Virus record (IMG/VR): IMGVR_UViG_3300025174_000006
Origin: an uncultured virus (IMG/VR IMGVR_UViG_3300025174_000006)
Lineage: Duplodnaviria; Heunggongvirae; Uroviricota; Caudoviricetes
Reading direction: 5' to 3' (one strand)
Length of the DNA stretch: 64,000 nucleotides
The notes under the pieces were generated by a model. The model saw nothing but the letters and a program-made list of their open reading frames with translations, did no database searches and had not been told where the DNA came from. Position numbers and translations under genes: made by a program. This document shows, piece after piece, positions 27,164 through 36,765 of the stretch (the first letter of the stretch is position 1; each line of letters opens with the position of its first letter).

Positions 27164-28255
27164 TTAATCCTCCAATTTTGACTCCGGTTCTTCTGAATTT
27201 CTTTTTTCAATTGCATTTTTAATAGCTTCTATTTGTTTTTTACCTAATTCTTCTGGATGGTGACAGATATCTATGCATAAATTTGATAAATCTGTATAAT
27301 CCAATTGTGCAATGTAATTAATAAATGGCGCAAGGTCATGACTTGTAACATCTGCAGTACTTAATAAAGCTCTCCATAATGTAGGTCCAAAAAAGTAATG
27401 CCACTGTTCGTGAGAATATTTATCAGCTTCAGCATAAACATATTCTAATTCATATGGAGGTAATTGAGGGATTCCAATTGAAGCAAGGTAATCAACTACT
27501 CCTTTTGAAAGTTCGTGAATTAACACTGGAAAATTCATTGCAGATGCTTTTATGTCCTTTTTTTCAATATCAACTTTATTATGACCCTGAACAACAGGAC
27601 GACCACCCATCTGCATTGCATCAGCCTGAATCATTTGCCAGTTCCAATAATTTACAAGTGCAGACAATCTGTTGTATTTTCCTAAAAGCTCCGGATTTAT
27701 ATCATTTAATTTATCAGCAGCAATATAATAAGCTGATGTCCATTGATGAATTGCGGCACCATGTACAATAGAATTAAGAATTCTTCTTTTTTCTATTTCA
27801 ACTTTTAATTCTTCCTTTCTTTCATCACTAATCATTTCTTCTTCAACGTCACTATCATCAAAATCACCGTCTCCGGCTTCTTCATCTGAATTTTCTAAAA
27901 ATGCTCTTAAATTAATTGTCTCAGGAACATTATACATTTCCCGAACAAGGTCTATTGCAATTTCCGTCAATTCTTCTCTGTGAGGAGCTTCAAGTTGTAA
28001 TAATTCTTGCATTAACATCATTGCATGCATTGGACTTTGTCCTTCAGCACGTTCAATATATATGCGAGTGCAACGATTAAATTCATCCGCTCCAAGAAAT
28101 GCCGGATTATAAGAAAAAAATCTATTCTCATTAAATGGAAAAGTTTTTTCATCAATCATTCTAACTATTCTTGGATTTGGCATATAATTTCCATTTTCCA
28201 AATATTCAGCAAACATTAATGTTGCATCTTGTTCTATTTTTTGTATTTCTGGCAT
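27164..28255 (-). CDS. Conserved large-phage hypothetical protein
   Basis: E..KRRI.N....GA, FPVLIHEL.KG, E.W....GP.LW. Confidence 0.7.
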   Translation of the reverse strand: MPEIQKIEQDATLMFAEYLENGNYMPNPRIVRMIDEKTFPFNENRFFSYNPAFLGADEFNRCTRIYIERAEGQSPMHAMMLMQELLQLEAPHREELTEIAIDLVREMYNVPETINLRAFLENSDEEAGDGDFDDSDVEEEMISDERKEELKVEIEKRRILNSIVHGAAIHQWTSAYYIAADKLNDINPELLGKYNRLSALVNYWNWQMIQADAMQMGGRPVVQGHNKVDIEKKDIKASAMNFPVLIHELSKGVVDYLASIGIPQLPPYELEYVYAEADKYSHEQWHYFFGPTLWRALLSTADVTSHDLAPFINYIAQLDYTDLSNLCIDICHHPEELGKKQIEAIKNAIEKRNSEEPESKLED

Positions 28256-28292
28256 GTTTTTTTATTTAAAATTTTATATAACTAATTAATTA

Positions 28293-28439
28293 TCAGGCTT
28301 TCGGGCTGGGTTTTGTACTTGGAGACGGTATAGACCATGGATCATTACCAGGCTTTGTTCCGGGTTTTGTTGTTGGTTCTGTTGTCGGTTTTGTTACCGG
28401 CGGAGCTGTTGTTGGCTCTGGTGAAAAATTGTTTTTCAT
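28293..28439 (-). CDS. 48-aa Pro/Thr/Lys-rich peptide (not in ORF track)
   Basis: MKNNFSPEPTTAPPVTKPTTEPTTKPGTKPGNDPWSIPSPSTKPSPKA, ATG 28439, TGA 28293. Confidence 0.6.
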   Translation of the reverse strand: MKNNFSPEPTTAPPVTKPTTEPTTKPGTKPGNDPWSIPSPSTKPSPKA

Positions 28440-28488
28440 ATTGATTGTTTTATTGTTTAAACTGATTTTGTTCGAATAGGTTGCGAAG

Positions 28489-29265
28489 TTAAATAAAATA
28501 TTTTGGAAACTTGTTAACTAACTTAAGAAAATTATTATACATATATTTTTCTCTATATTTTTCTTTATCCGGTATCCTTGAATCAATGTAAATTATATGG
28601 TCAAAAAGCCAATTTTCATGAGCAATCCTTATTGTTTCAGTTGTTCTATGGTCATTATCTGTTAATTTAAATTGGTTTACATGTATAAGTAAACTTTCAA
28701 AATCACATTTATATTCATTATCTTTTATGAATTCAAGAGAACTGTTAGGCATTTCAGCGAGAAACATATTTTCAACTCTTTTATTGTGTTGCTCTTTATT
28801 ATGTTGAAATAATTCAAGCTCATTAACCCTTCTTACGTCAGTAATAACTATTTTTTTATTGTCTCCAATTTTTAATAATGCTCTGTTTGTCCAATAATGC
28901 ATACCATTTTTTTCCTTCATTAATTCAGCAAACCAAATCATATAAGGTCTTAAAATTTCTTTTATCTCTGAGTTTTTTGGATTAAGAAAATTTACATCTT
29001 CAATACTAATTTCAATTCCTTTATCAATTAAATCATTAAATACTTGCGGTCTCATATATTCATCAATATCACCTTTAACAACATCACCAAAAGAAATTCT
29101 TTTAAAGCCAAGTTTTTCTACCATTAAATTTCCAAAAGTATCTTTCCCCGATTTAGAATATCCACAACATCCAATTATTGTTTTATTTTTTAATAAATCA
29201 AAATTTATTTCACCATCTCCAGAAGTAAGTAATTCCCCCGGAATTTCAATATCAATTTTTTCCAT
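28489..29265 (-). CDS. Deoxynucleoside monophosphate kinase-like protein
   Basis: G..GYSKSGKDT P-loop, F.D..K, VITDVR..NE. Confidence 0.75.
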   Translation of the reverse strand: MEKIDIEIPGELLTSGDGEINFDLLKNKTIIGCCGYSKSGKDTFGNLMVEKLGFKRISFGDVVKGDIDEYMRPQVFNDLIDKGIEISIEDVNFLNPKNSEIKEILRPYMIWFAELMKEKNGMHYWTNRALLKIGDNKKIVITDVRRVNELELFQHNKEQHNKRVENMFLAEMPNSSLEFIKDNEYKCDFESLLIHVNQFKLTDNDHRTTETIRIAHENWLFDHIIYIDSRIPDKEKYREKYMYNNFLKLVNKFPKYFI

Positions 29266-29294
29266 ATCCAAATTTAAATATAAAAAACCACAAA

Positions 29295-31502
29295 TCAAAA
29301 ATCAACAACATTATTATTGTCATTATGTGCAATATTTTGTAATTCCTGAACGTTGAAATTAAAATCCAACATTTCGTTTTCTATATGTTTTGCTTGTTGA
29401 ATTGTTTCTGGCAATTTCAAATCATAACAATTATTATATTCTTTTATTTCAAAGAATTTTTTAATAAAATCTTTTACTGAGTTAATTATTGTTTCGGTAG
29501 CTTTAGCATTATGTTTAGCTTTTAACTGATTAAAAGTATATATTGTTTTTTTTGAACCATCAGAATCAATATTCGAATATTGTATATTTATACTAAGAGT
29601 AGCTCTATCCATAGTTTCTAAATCTTCAACAGAATATATTACAAAACTTCCTTTTGCAACATTTGCACAATAAGTTTTAACACAATGACTCATTACTGAT
29701 GATTCTTCATAAAATTTTTCCGGAGTATCAATTAAATTAAATTTGATATTATCAAAAATTCCTTCTGTATGTCTGAATTTATCTATGTGAATTTTTAAGT
29801 CTTCACTTAATTTTTTATCTGCAATCAACCTAAAAGAAAGACTCAAAGAATTATGCATATCAACTAAAGCATCAAAAGTTTTTGATTTTAATATTTCAGT
29901 TAATTGAATCTCTACATTTATTAACATAAATATAGTGTCCATATACAATTGAAGTATTTTTTCAAAATTAGCATCAGAGGTATGAAAGATTTTTAAAATA
30001 TGGCAAAAATGTTTGTGGGTTATTTTAAAATGTCCTATTCTGTTAATGTTTTGATTATACATATTTTGCACACAAACAATAAAGTCGTAAGCATCTTTTA
30101 TATTATTATTTAATATTATTTTGTCAACTGTTTCAATTTCGTCAAAAGCAGAATTGTTATGTAAGAATCCATAAAACACTTGAGCAACTTCATCAAAATT
30201 TCTTTCTAAAAATAAGTCTACATAAAATTTTCTAAATTGTATATTTTTCAATCTCAATTTAATATCTTTATATATTGGAACCCTTGTGTCAACCTGTACT
30301 GTCGGATGAGTTGTTATTGAAAATAATAAATCTTTTTTTTGGGGATGAGCTTTTAATTTTCTCTTTCTTTTTTTCTCTTCTGTTTTTATGTATTTAATTA
30401 TTTTTGTATGTTTCGAAAATTCAGAAGTTACTTTACTTTTAAACATAGTTTCCAAAATTGTTTTTGGATTGGTTGGATTTTTCTTTTTTAAGTTTGTCAA
30501 AGAACACACAAAAGAAGAATTTGTTAATAAATTAAGAAATTTATCCGGACCATAAGTAAGAATTAATGTCACGATGGGCTGATAAACTGAAAGTGACAAC
30601 ATTATACATAATCTTCTTTTTAAATATTGTATCCAAATATATCTGCTTGTAGACATATTTCCATTATAGTTACTGAGCGATTCTGGCTTATAATGACAAT
30701 TATTTAAAAAAGATTCTTCACCACAATTAGTTGGAGAGCTACTTAAATTTCTAAATAAAGAATTCAAATACATTTCATCACGCTCTTTTTCTAATATTAA
30801 ATTTATTCTATTAACATCCCTCTGGTCACATTTTGATTCTACTAGTTCACAAAATTTTATTAAAGGTTTTATTACCTGTCTTTCAAAAAGTCCTTGCGAA
30901 ATTACATTTTCATATAATGCATTTAATGTCATATTGTTAACTATTGAAGAACAATGTTTAACAAGAAATCTAAACGGCACTGTAATTATTTTTTCCTTAA
31001 TTTTTATCTTTATGGTATCGCTTTTTTTAGAAAGGTATAATGAACGATTACTAATATTCCTAAAAATCAATTTTTTTGTTGTAACAGAGACAAACACTAT
31101 AGTTGCAAAAGAATATAAAGCATAAAAATTTTCTTTTTCAACTACACCAAATCTTTTTGATGTAACATTTCCTTCTATTTCTTTAGAGTAAATTAACTTT
31201 ACACCGGAAAGGGATTTGTACTCTTTACTGCAACTATTGCAAATTGTTTTTTGACTTGAAATTATTTTACCGTATCCATTTCTACTTATTGCTTCAAAAG
31301 GAATTTCAGTCATTTGACCACAAGTACAATATAAAGCCCATCTTTTATTGGAATAATTGTTTTGAAAATGGCTGAATTCTTTTTTTACATTTGTTTCTGG
31401 TGTGCTTTCCACGTCATCAAAAGACGGATTAGAAGAATCGTTATATTGTGGAGTCCTAACTAAATCAAATATAAGAGCAAGATATGGATTTTTTTCTTTC
31501 AA
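29295..31502 (-). CDS. Large protein with N-terminal Zn ribbon and C-terminal PcfJ domain
   Basis: CTCG...CNSC; EESSVMSHCVKTY, RATL.I, Q.K...N. Confidence 0.7.
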   Translation of the reverse strand: MKEKNPYLALIFDLVRTPQYNDSSNPSFDDVESTPETNVKKEFSHFQNNYSNKRWALYCTCGQMTEIPFEAISRNGYGKIISSQKTICNSCSKEYKSLSGVKLIYSKEIEGNVTSKRFGVVEKENFYALYSFATIVFVSVTTKKLIFRNISNRSLYLSKKSDTIKIKIKEKIITVPFRFLVKHCSSIVNNMTLNALYENVISQGLFERQVIKPLIKFCELVESKCDQRDVNRINLILEKERDEMYLNSLFRNLSSSPTNCGEESFLNNCHYKPESLSNYNGNMSTSRYIWIQYLKRRLCIMLSLSVYQPIVTLILTYGPDKFLNLLTNSSFVCSLTNLKKKNPTNPKTILETMFKSKVTSEFSKHTKIIKYIKTEEKKRKRKLKAHPQKKDLLFSITTHPTVQVDTRVPIYKDIKLRLKNIQFRKFYVDLFLERNFDEVAQVFYGFLHNNSAFDEIETVDKIILNNNIKDAYDFIVCVQNMYNQNINRIGHFKITHKHFCHILKIFHTSDANFEKILQLYMDTIFMLINVEIQLTEILKSKTFDALVDMHNSLSLSFRLIADKKLSEDLKIHIDKFRHTEGIFDNIKFNLIDTPEKFYEESSVMSHCVKTYCANVAKGSFVIYSVEDLETMDRATLSINIQYSNIDSDGSKKTIYTFNQLKAKHNAKATETIINSVKDFIKKFFEIKEYNNCYDLKLPETIQQAKHIENEMLDFNFNVQELQNIAHNDNNNVVDF

Positions 31503-31507
31503 AATGA

Positions 31508-32620
31508 CTAATTACTTAATGGAAAATGAATTTTTGGATGCGATTTATAATTTTCTAAAGTAATATCTTCTAAGGCATATTCAGAAATGTCATTAACTAT
31601 TTTATCAGATATTTTAACTATTGGTAACTCATATGACTCTCTTAACAATTGTTCATTAACTCCATCAATTTGATTTAAATAAATGTGACAATCACCTAAG
31701 TTTCCTATTATCTCATATGGAATCATACTTACTTGTTTGGCAATCATACTTAAAAGAAGAGAATAGCTGCTGATATTATATGGTAAACCAAGTGCCGTAT
31801 CAATGCTTCTTTGATTCCAACTTAATGAAATTGCTCGTTTCGGAATGTTTTGTTGATCTAATTCAAAATCTTTCCAATTATTTTTCCCACCTTTGTCACT
31901 GCCACCATAACCCAAATTTTTATCAAACCACTTATTTCTTTCTTCTGTGGTTAATTCTCTTGTCCAACATTGGAATCCATAATGACAAGGAGGTAAAACA
32001 CATTTATCTAAAGTTCCTGGATTCCAAGCACTAACCATTAATCTTCTACTATCTGGATTGGCTTTTAAGTCATTTATAAGATTCGATATTTGATCTACGA
32101 AACCAATTTTTGCTTGGATGCCTTTTTCTGTTTTTTCATATTCTGTAAAAGTCCACTTCCTCCATTGTTTACCATAAATTTCGCCTAAATTTCCCCATTT
32201 TTCAGAAAATCCTTCTTCGTTTTTTATTTTATCAATAAATTCTTCTTTTGATTCGTACCTTAATGGAGCTGGATTAAATTCTGGTGAATATTTTTTTGCT
32301 TCTTTGGTGGCATAATCATATAACATTTTCTTTTCTTTTTCAAATGCTTTATATGCGTCCCCATCCCAAATATGACAGTTGTTATCAACTAAATATTTTA
32401 TGTTTGTATCTCCTTTTAAAAACCAAAGTAATTCAGTTACTATTGTTTTAAATGCCATTTTTTTGGTAGTAAGTAAAGGAAAACCGGTAGACAATTTATG
32501 ACGTATTTCTCGACTAAATACACTTAAAGTTCCAGTTCCTGTTCTATCAGATTTTTTAGTACCATTTTCAAGAATATCTTTAAGTAAATTTTGATAATCT
32601 AAATCTAATTTATTTGCCAT
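31508..32620 (-). CDS. thyA: Thymidylate synthase
   Basis: DRTGTGT, FPLLTTK, ELLWFL.G.TN, YG.QWR, SRR, LPPCH, QRS.D..LGLPYN, GDCHIY. Confidence 0.96.
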   Translation of the reverse strand: MANKLDLDYQNLLKDILENGTKKSDRTGTGTLSVFSREIRHKLSTGFPLLTTKKMAFKTIVTELLWFLKGDTNIKYLVDNNCHIWDGDAYKAFEKEKKMLYDYATKEAKKYSPEFNPAPLRYESKEEFIDKIKNEEGFSEKWGNLGEIYGKQWRKWTFTEYEKTEKGIQAKIGFVDQISNLINDLKANPDSRRLMVSAWNPGTLDKCVLPPCHYGFQCWTRELTTEERNKWFDKNLGYGGSDKGGKNNWKDFELDQQNIPKRAISLSWNQRSIDTALGLPYNISSYSLLLSMIAKQVSMIPYEIIGNLGDCHIYLNQIDGVNEQLLRESYELPIVKISDKIVNDISEYALEDITLENYKSHPKIHFPLSN

Positions 32621-32692
32621 AATTATTTTTTATACAAAAGTAGTAAAAATTTCAATACTATTTAATGTAACATACAATATTTTTCAACAAAA

Positions 32693-34090
32693 ATGCCGTC
32701 AAAAAATAAAAAACAGTTAAATTTTTTCTTATTAGTTAAAGCCTATAAAGAATCTGGAGAAAATGGCGTTTTTCGTCAATTAAAACATCTTGAAGGATAT
32801 AAACCAAGACTTACTCCAACTTATATGAACAAGTTGATTAAAACAGCTGAAAGTATTGCTGATTCAGATTTAATAGATATGACTTCTGGAGTAGAAGGAG
32901 AAAACCCATTAGGCGATACAAGAAATTTAAAAGTAGGCTACTGGGCATTATTTACAGGAAAATACAAACCAGCCGGCTCAAAAGATGAAATTCCAAAAGA
33001 AGGAGAATTTATAGCCCAAATAAAAAAAGTAGATAACGCGAAAGGTTTGGTTGAATTTAATCAAAAAGGTTTTAGAAATAAGTATGGAAATACTATTTTC
33101 ATACCAAGAAGAGCTGTGGTCATCAATCAAGAATTTCAATATTTGGATTATGCTTTATTTGACAATGTAATACGTACCGGTAAAAACCCTCAAGAACTTG
33201 CGAAGCCAAAAGAAAATATGGAAGAGTCAATTGAACTTAAAAGCAAATCACATAAGGGCAATAGATTATTTGATATGCTTAAAACTGCAAAGTTTCAACA
33301 TTATGATTCTCCAAAAGGAGAATTATCTACATTAAATCATGGAGAAGAAGATAGAAAAAGAATAGTTTCAAAACTAGGCAAAGCTGATAAAAAAACTTAT
33401 AGAGAATGGATTAAAACTCCAGAAGGAAAAGAATCTTTGGAAAGGTTTGAGGATTTTACATCACCCTTATTTAAAAAGAATAAAATTGAAGAATCAGTAA
33501 GAAAAATGGTAAGGAAGTTGTTGCGAGAAAACTTATCAGGAGAAAATTTGATACCAGATGATATAATTGATAGCTTTTACAATAGAATAAAGAAAATATT
33601 AGACGCTGGAGCTGATAAAAAACATCCCTCAGTAGAACGAGAATTAAACAGAATCAAAATGTTGAATGCAGATGTTATACCTGAAAAGATAAAAGCTCTT
33701 TTAACAGAAGAAATCGAAAATAATAATATTGATTTATCGAATTATAATGGCTGGGAAAAACAATCAGAATGGTTTGGAAATCCTTCATTAGGCTTAGAAA
33801 GTTATAAAAAGATATTTCAAAATCCATTTAACAACAAAATGGTTCCTGTTTTTATATACGGCAAAGAAGGAGAAGGAAAAGATAAACCAATTTTGGGCGG
33901 TACTGATGAAAAAGGAAACAGGGTTTTGTCAGGCGAAAAATTCGATGCTTCAGATTGGCATTTTGTAGTGCATGCCGGAGCTAATAGTCAATATTCTTAT
34001 TCTGGAGGATTTTATCCAGAAACCCCAACTTTAAAACAAGCTATGGATATTGTGGATGAGAAATATAAAAACAAAAAACTTATTCATTAA
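32693..34090 (+). CDS. Hypothetical multidomain late protein
   Basis: 465-aa ORF, TATTTA motif upstream, E-rich linkers. Confidence 0.65.
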   Translation: MPSKNKKQLNFFLLVKAYKESGENGVFRQLKHLEGYKPRLTPTYMNKLIKTAESIADSDLIDMTSGVEGENPLGDTRNLKVGYWALFTGKYKPAGSKDEIPKEGEFIAQIKKVDNAKGLVEFNQKGFRNKYGNTIFIPRRAVVINQEFQYLDYALFDNVIRTGKNPQELAKPKENMEESIELKSKSHKGNRLFDMLKTAKFQHYDSPKGELSTLNHGEEDRKRIVSKLGKADKKTYREWIKTPEGKESLERFEDFTSPLFKKNKIEESVRKMVRKLLRENLSGENLIPDDIIDSFYNRIKKILDAGADKKHPSVERELNRIKMLNADVIPEKIKALLTEEIENNNIDLSNYNGWEKQSEWFGNPSLGLESYKKIFQNPFNNKMVPVFIYGKEGEGKDKPILGGTDEKGNRVLSGEKFDASDWHFVVHAGANSQYSYSGGFYPETPTLKQAMDIVDEKYKNKKLIH

Positions 34091-34237
34091 ATTCTTGTGA
34101 TATTCAATCACATATTTTAATTTTTTCAAAATATATCATGAATCTTTTAAAATTTCATTCGTGAATAAAAATATATTACTTTCAGTATGTTTGCCTTAAA
34201 AGTTTTTTATTGCATATTTATAGTAAACATACTTAAA

Positions 34238-34933
34238 ATGAAAACAGAAACAGAAAAAACAGAAGAGAAACAAAAAATCAAAGAATTGGTTGATAAGGGT
34301 TTAAAAAATAAAGAAATTGGGAAAATATTAGGAATGAAATATCGTACAGTTTGTTTTAAGTTAAGAGAATATAAATTAATTAGATATTCTAAACCGCAAA
34401 TTTCTCAAGAAAAAATAGATGAAATGATTAGATTATATAATGAAGGATATAATTGTACCGAAATTTGTGAAAAAATAAATATAAGTAAAATTACAATTTC
34501 ATTTATACTAAAGGAGAACGGAATCAAAATAGTTAAACGAAGTGCTGATAGTAAACCAGAATTAAGATTATTAAGAGGTGAAAAATGTATAATTTGCGAT
34601 AGAAACCTTGGACCATATGTTACAATATGTAGCACTTGTGTTTCTCAAGTTAGAAGGTATAAAATAAAGAAAAAAATGTTTGATTTTAAAGGTGGCAAAT
34701 GTGAAGATTGTGGAGATGATAGTTTATGTGTGGATATTTATGATTTTCATCATTTAGATCCAGATGAAAAGGATTTTAATTTATCAAAAGTTTTAATAGA
34801 CGGAAAATCTTGGGATGATATAGAAAAAGAATTAAAAAAATGCGCCTTACTCTGTTCTAATTGTCACAGAATTAGACATTCTGTTGAAAGAAAAAGTGAA
34901 AAATTTTGGAAATATATAAAATTAATTTCTTAA
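34238..34933 (+). CDS. HTH plus HNH homing endonuclease
   Basis: GGKCEDCG, DFHHLDP..K.F, E..KC.LLCSNCHR..H. Confidence 0.8.
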   Translation: MKTETEKTEEKQKIKELVDKGLKNKEIGKILGMKYRTVCFKLREYKLIRYSKPQISQEKIDEMIRLYNEGYNCTEICEKINISKITISFILKENGIKIVKRSADSKPELRLLRGEKCIICDRNLGPYVTICSTCVSQVRRYKIKKKMFDFKGGKCEDCGDDSLCVDIYDFHHLDPDEKDFNLSKVLIDGKSWDDIEKELKKCALLCSNCHRIRHSVERKSEKFWKYIKLIS

Positions 34934-34938
34934 AAAGA

Positions 34939-34969
34939 AAAGCTCCAGTAAAACAATTACTGGAGCTTT
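34939..34969. terminator. Bidirectional intrinsic terminator
   Basis: AAAGCTCCAGTAA...TTACTGGAGCTTT between convergent units. Confidence 0.75.
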
Positions 34970-34974
34970 CACTG

Positions 34975-35091
34975 TGTTGATGGGGGGGATCGAACCAACC
35001 CGACTCATTTGCTTTCAGGAAATTGCTCTCACTTACTCCTTGCGAAGTAAAGGATTTGTCTTGCGAAAAACCACCACTGAGCTACATCAAC
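34975..35091 (-). tRNA. tRNA-Phe(GAA)-like gene with a ~40-nt two-hairpin insertion in the D loop
   Basis: Acceptor GTTGATG/CATCAAC, D stem GCTC/GAGC, anticodon loop CTGAAAG, T loop TTCGATC, two GCAA-capped hairpins, no encoded CCA. Confidence 0.75.
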
Positions 35092-35114
35092 ATATTATTA
35101 AAGAACTAATTTTG

Positions 35115-35191
35115 TGTCGATTAGAGACTACAAGTCCTCTCTTTTCTGGTTGTTCACACCAGCACTTTACGTGTACATAAGTTAAATCGAC
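35115..35191 (-). tRNA. Non-canonical tRNA-Phe(GAA)-like gene, copy 1
   Basis: GTCGATT/AATCGAC, TA, ACTT/AAGT, CTGGT-GTGAACA-ACCAG, AGAGG-ACTTGTAG-TCTCT. Confidence 0.75.
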
Positions 35192-35196
35192 ATATG

Positions 35197-35273
35197 TGTT
35201 GGTGAGAGACTACAAATCCGCTCTTATTCGGCTGTTCACACCGATACTTTATATGTGTATAAGTTACACCAAC
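35197..35273 (-). tRNA. Non-canonical tRNA-Phe(GAA)-like gene, copy 2
   Basis: GTTGGTG/CACCAAC, TA, ACTT/AAGT, TCGGT-GTGAACA-GCCGA; compensatory changes relative to copy 1. Confidence 0.75.
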
Positions 35274-35318
35274 ATATTTTATTTAAAAGAACTAAATCGT
35301 TTCAATTATTTAACGATA

Positions 35319-35351
35319 CAAAGATAATAATATTTAAAACTTAAAACCAAA
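35319..35351 (-). promoter_or_regulatory. Bacteroidota-type promoter driving the tRNA-like cluster
   Basis: TATCTTTG at 35319-35326, TTTG at 35348-35351, 21-nt spacer; boxA-like GTTCTTT at 35283-35292 and 35098-35106. Confidence 0.65.
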
Positions 35352-35410
35352 TATTTTATAATAAAAATTTACCTATTTATTAAAAAGTTATTAACAATTC
35401 AAATACTACA

Positions 35411-35950
35411 ATGACTACAGAGGAAAAAAAATTAAGAATAGCTATAAGAAAATCATTAATGGAAATGGAAAACGTTTCTGAAAGCGATATTTTAACAAGA
35501 GCTGGAGTTAACTGGCAAGAGATGAAGCCTAAATTTTTAAAAACAGTTAAATGTCTTGTTTCAAAAATAGATGACGATAAATATAACGATGCAGAAGATT
35601 TAATAGGTAAAGCTATTGGTATGCTTAAAATTTGGAAAGCAAAAATGAAAAAAGGAATAGGAATGGTTGATAGAACTTCGAATACTGAGACGTTGGATGA
35701 AATTGATATTACGGAAACTTTTGGTGGGAAATATGCTCTAGGAACTGGATATAAAAAAGATGAAATTGGCGATAAAAAATATCAAGGAAAACTTATTGAT
35801 TATATTCTTTATAATCAAGGAAGAAACACAGACCAAAGAGAGCCGACTGATAGAAAAATGTATTGCGGATATGATTTAGAACAATTATCTAATAAGGATT
35901 TACAAAAAATAAAGGATAACATGGAACATCCAAGAGGAAGATACTGGTAA
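35411..35950 (+). CDS. Hypothetical late protein
   Basis: 179-aa ORF after CTATTTAT. Confidence 0.6.
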   Translation: MTTEEKKLRIAIRKSLMEMENVSESDILTRAGVNWQEMKPKFLKTVKCLVSKIDDDKYNDAEDLIGKAIGMLKIWKAKMKKGIGMVDRTSNTETLDEIDITETFGGKYALGTGYKKDEIGDKKYQGKLIDYILYNQGRNTDQREPTDRKMYCGYDLEQLSNKDLQKIKDNMEHPRGRYW

Positions 35951-35995
35951 TTAAAGAGTTGCAGTAAAATCCTTCCAATCTTTTTCTGATTTAAT

Positions 35996-36445
35996 CTAAT
36001 CATAATTACATCCAAAAAAGGTTTCATTCGTTAATACATTACTTGTAAGTCCTGCTTCGGAAGTTACAACTACAGAGCTTTGTATTTCTCCTTTAACCCA
36101 CATTTTAAAGATGTTATTATCCTCTTTATATTTATCTCTTTGTGATTTTATATCAAATCCGTAGTCTGCGTGTAGTCCAATAAAAACTCCTTTATTTTGA
36201 TTGCCGATTTTTTCTACCAGCACTTCTGGCTTTACTAAATAATATAAACATTCTAAAGCTTCTTCGCTGTGTGCTGTCGAGGATTTCTTGCTAATAAATC
36301 TTTCATCAAATTTTCCTAATTTAGAAATTAGCTCTTCGACTTTTGACCTGTTGTTTTTAATAACTTTCAGTTCTTCTTCTAAATGAATTGTATTAAAACT
36401 AATACCAAATAGTGTTGTTGTTTCTTCGAATTCTTCAATATCCAT
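35996..36445 (-). CDS. Hypothetical protein
   Basis: 149-aa ORF, TAGATTTG motif upstream. Confidence 0.6.
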   Translation of the reverse strand: MDIEEFEETTTLFGISFNTIHLEEELKVIKNNRSKVEELISKLGKFDERFISKKSSTAHSEEALECLYYLVKPEVLVEKIGNQNKGVFIGLHADYGFDIKSQRDKYKEDNNIFKMWVKGEIQSSVVVTSEAGLTSNVLTNETFFGCNYD

Positions 36446-36482
36446 ATGACAAATCTAATATAAACAAATCTAAAATAAAGAT

Positions 36483-36752
36483 TTAAGAATATTTACCTCT
36501 TCGATTTGCTCTCCTTGGCTTTCTTTCTAATTTTACTGGAGCTTCTTCTGTTTCCTCTATTTGTTCCGGTTCTGGTACCGGTTGTTTTGGAAGTGGCGTT
36601 TGGTCTTGTTTAATAACTTCTGGATTACCTATAGAAGGTGATTGCGTTTGTTGAGGAACAGATTCTCCTCCTTGAGAAGATTGTTCATCTTCGTTGATAA
36701 TTCCTGCCAATTCACGCATTCTTTTTAGCTCTTCTGTAAGATTTTTTTTCAT
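36483..36752 (-). CDS. Small protein with LAG leader
   Basis: MKKNLTEELKRMRELAGIINE. Confidence 0.65.
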   Translation of the reverse strand: MKKNLTEELKRMRELAGIINEDEQSSQGGESVPQQTQSPSIGNPEVIKQDQTPLPKQPVPEPEQIEETEEAPVKLERKPRRANRRGKYS

Positions 36753-36765
36753 TTTACTTAATTTG

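Noticed and set aside
35115..35273. Tandem ~80-bp repeats as a CRISPR array or simple duplication
   Set aside because: No spacers and no cas genes; the differences are compensatory within cloverleaf stems, so they are better explained as tRNA-like genes.
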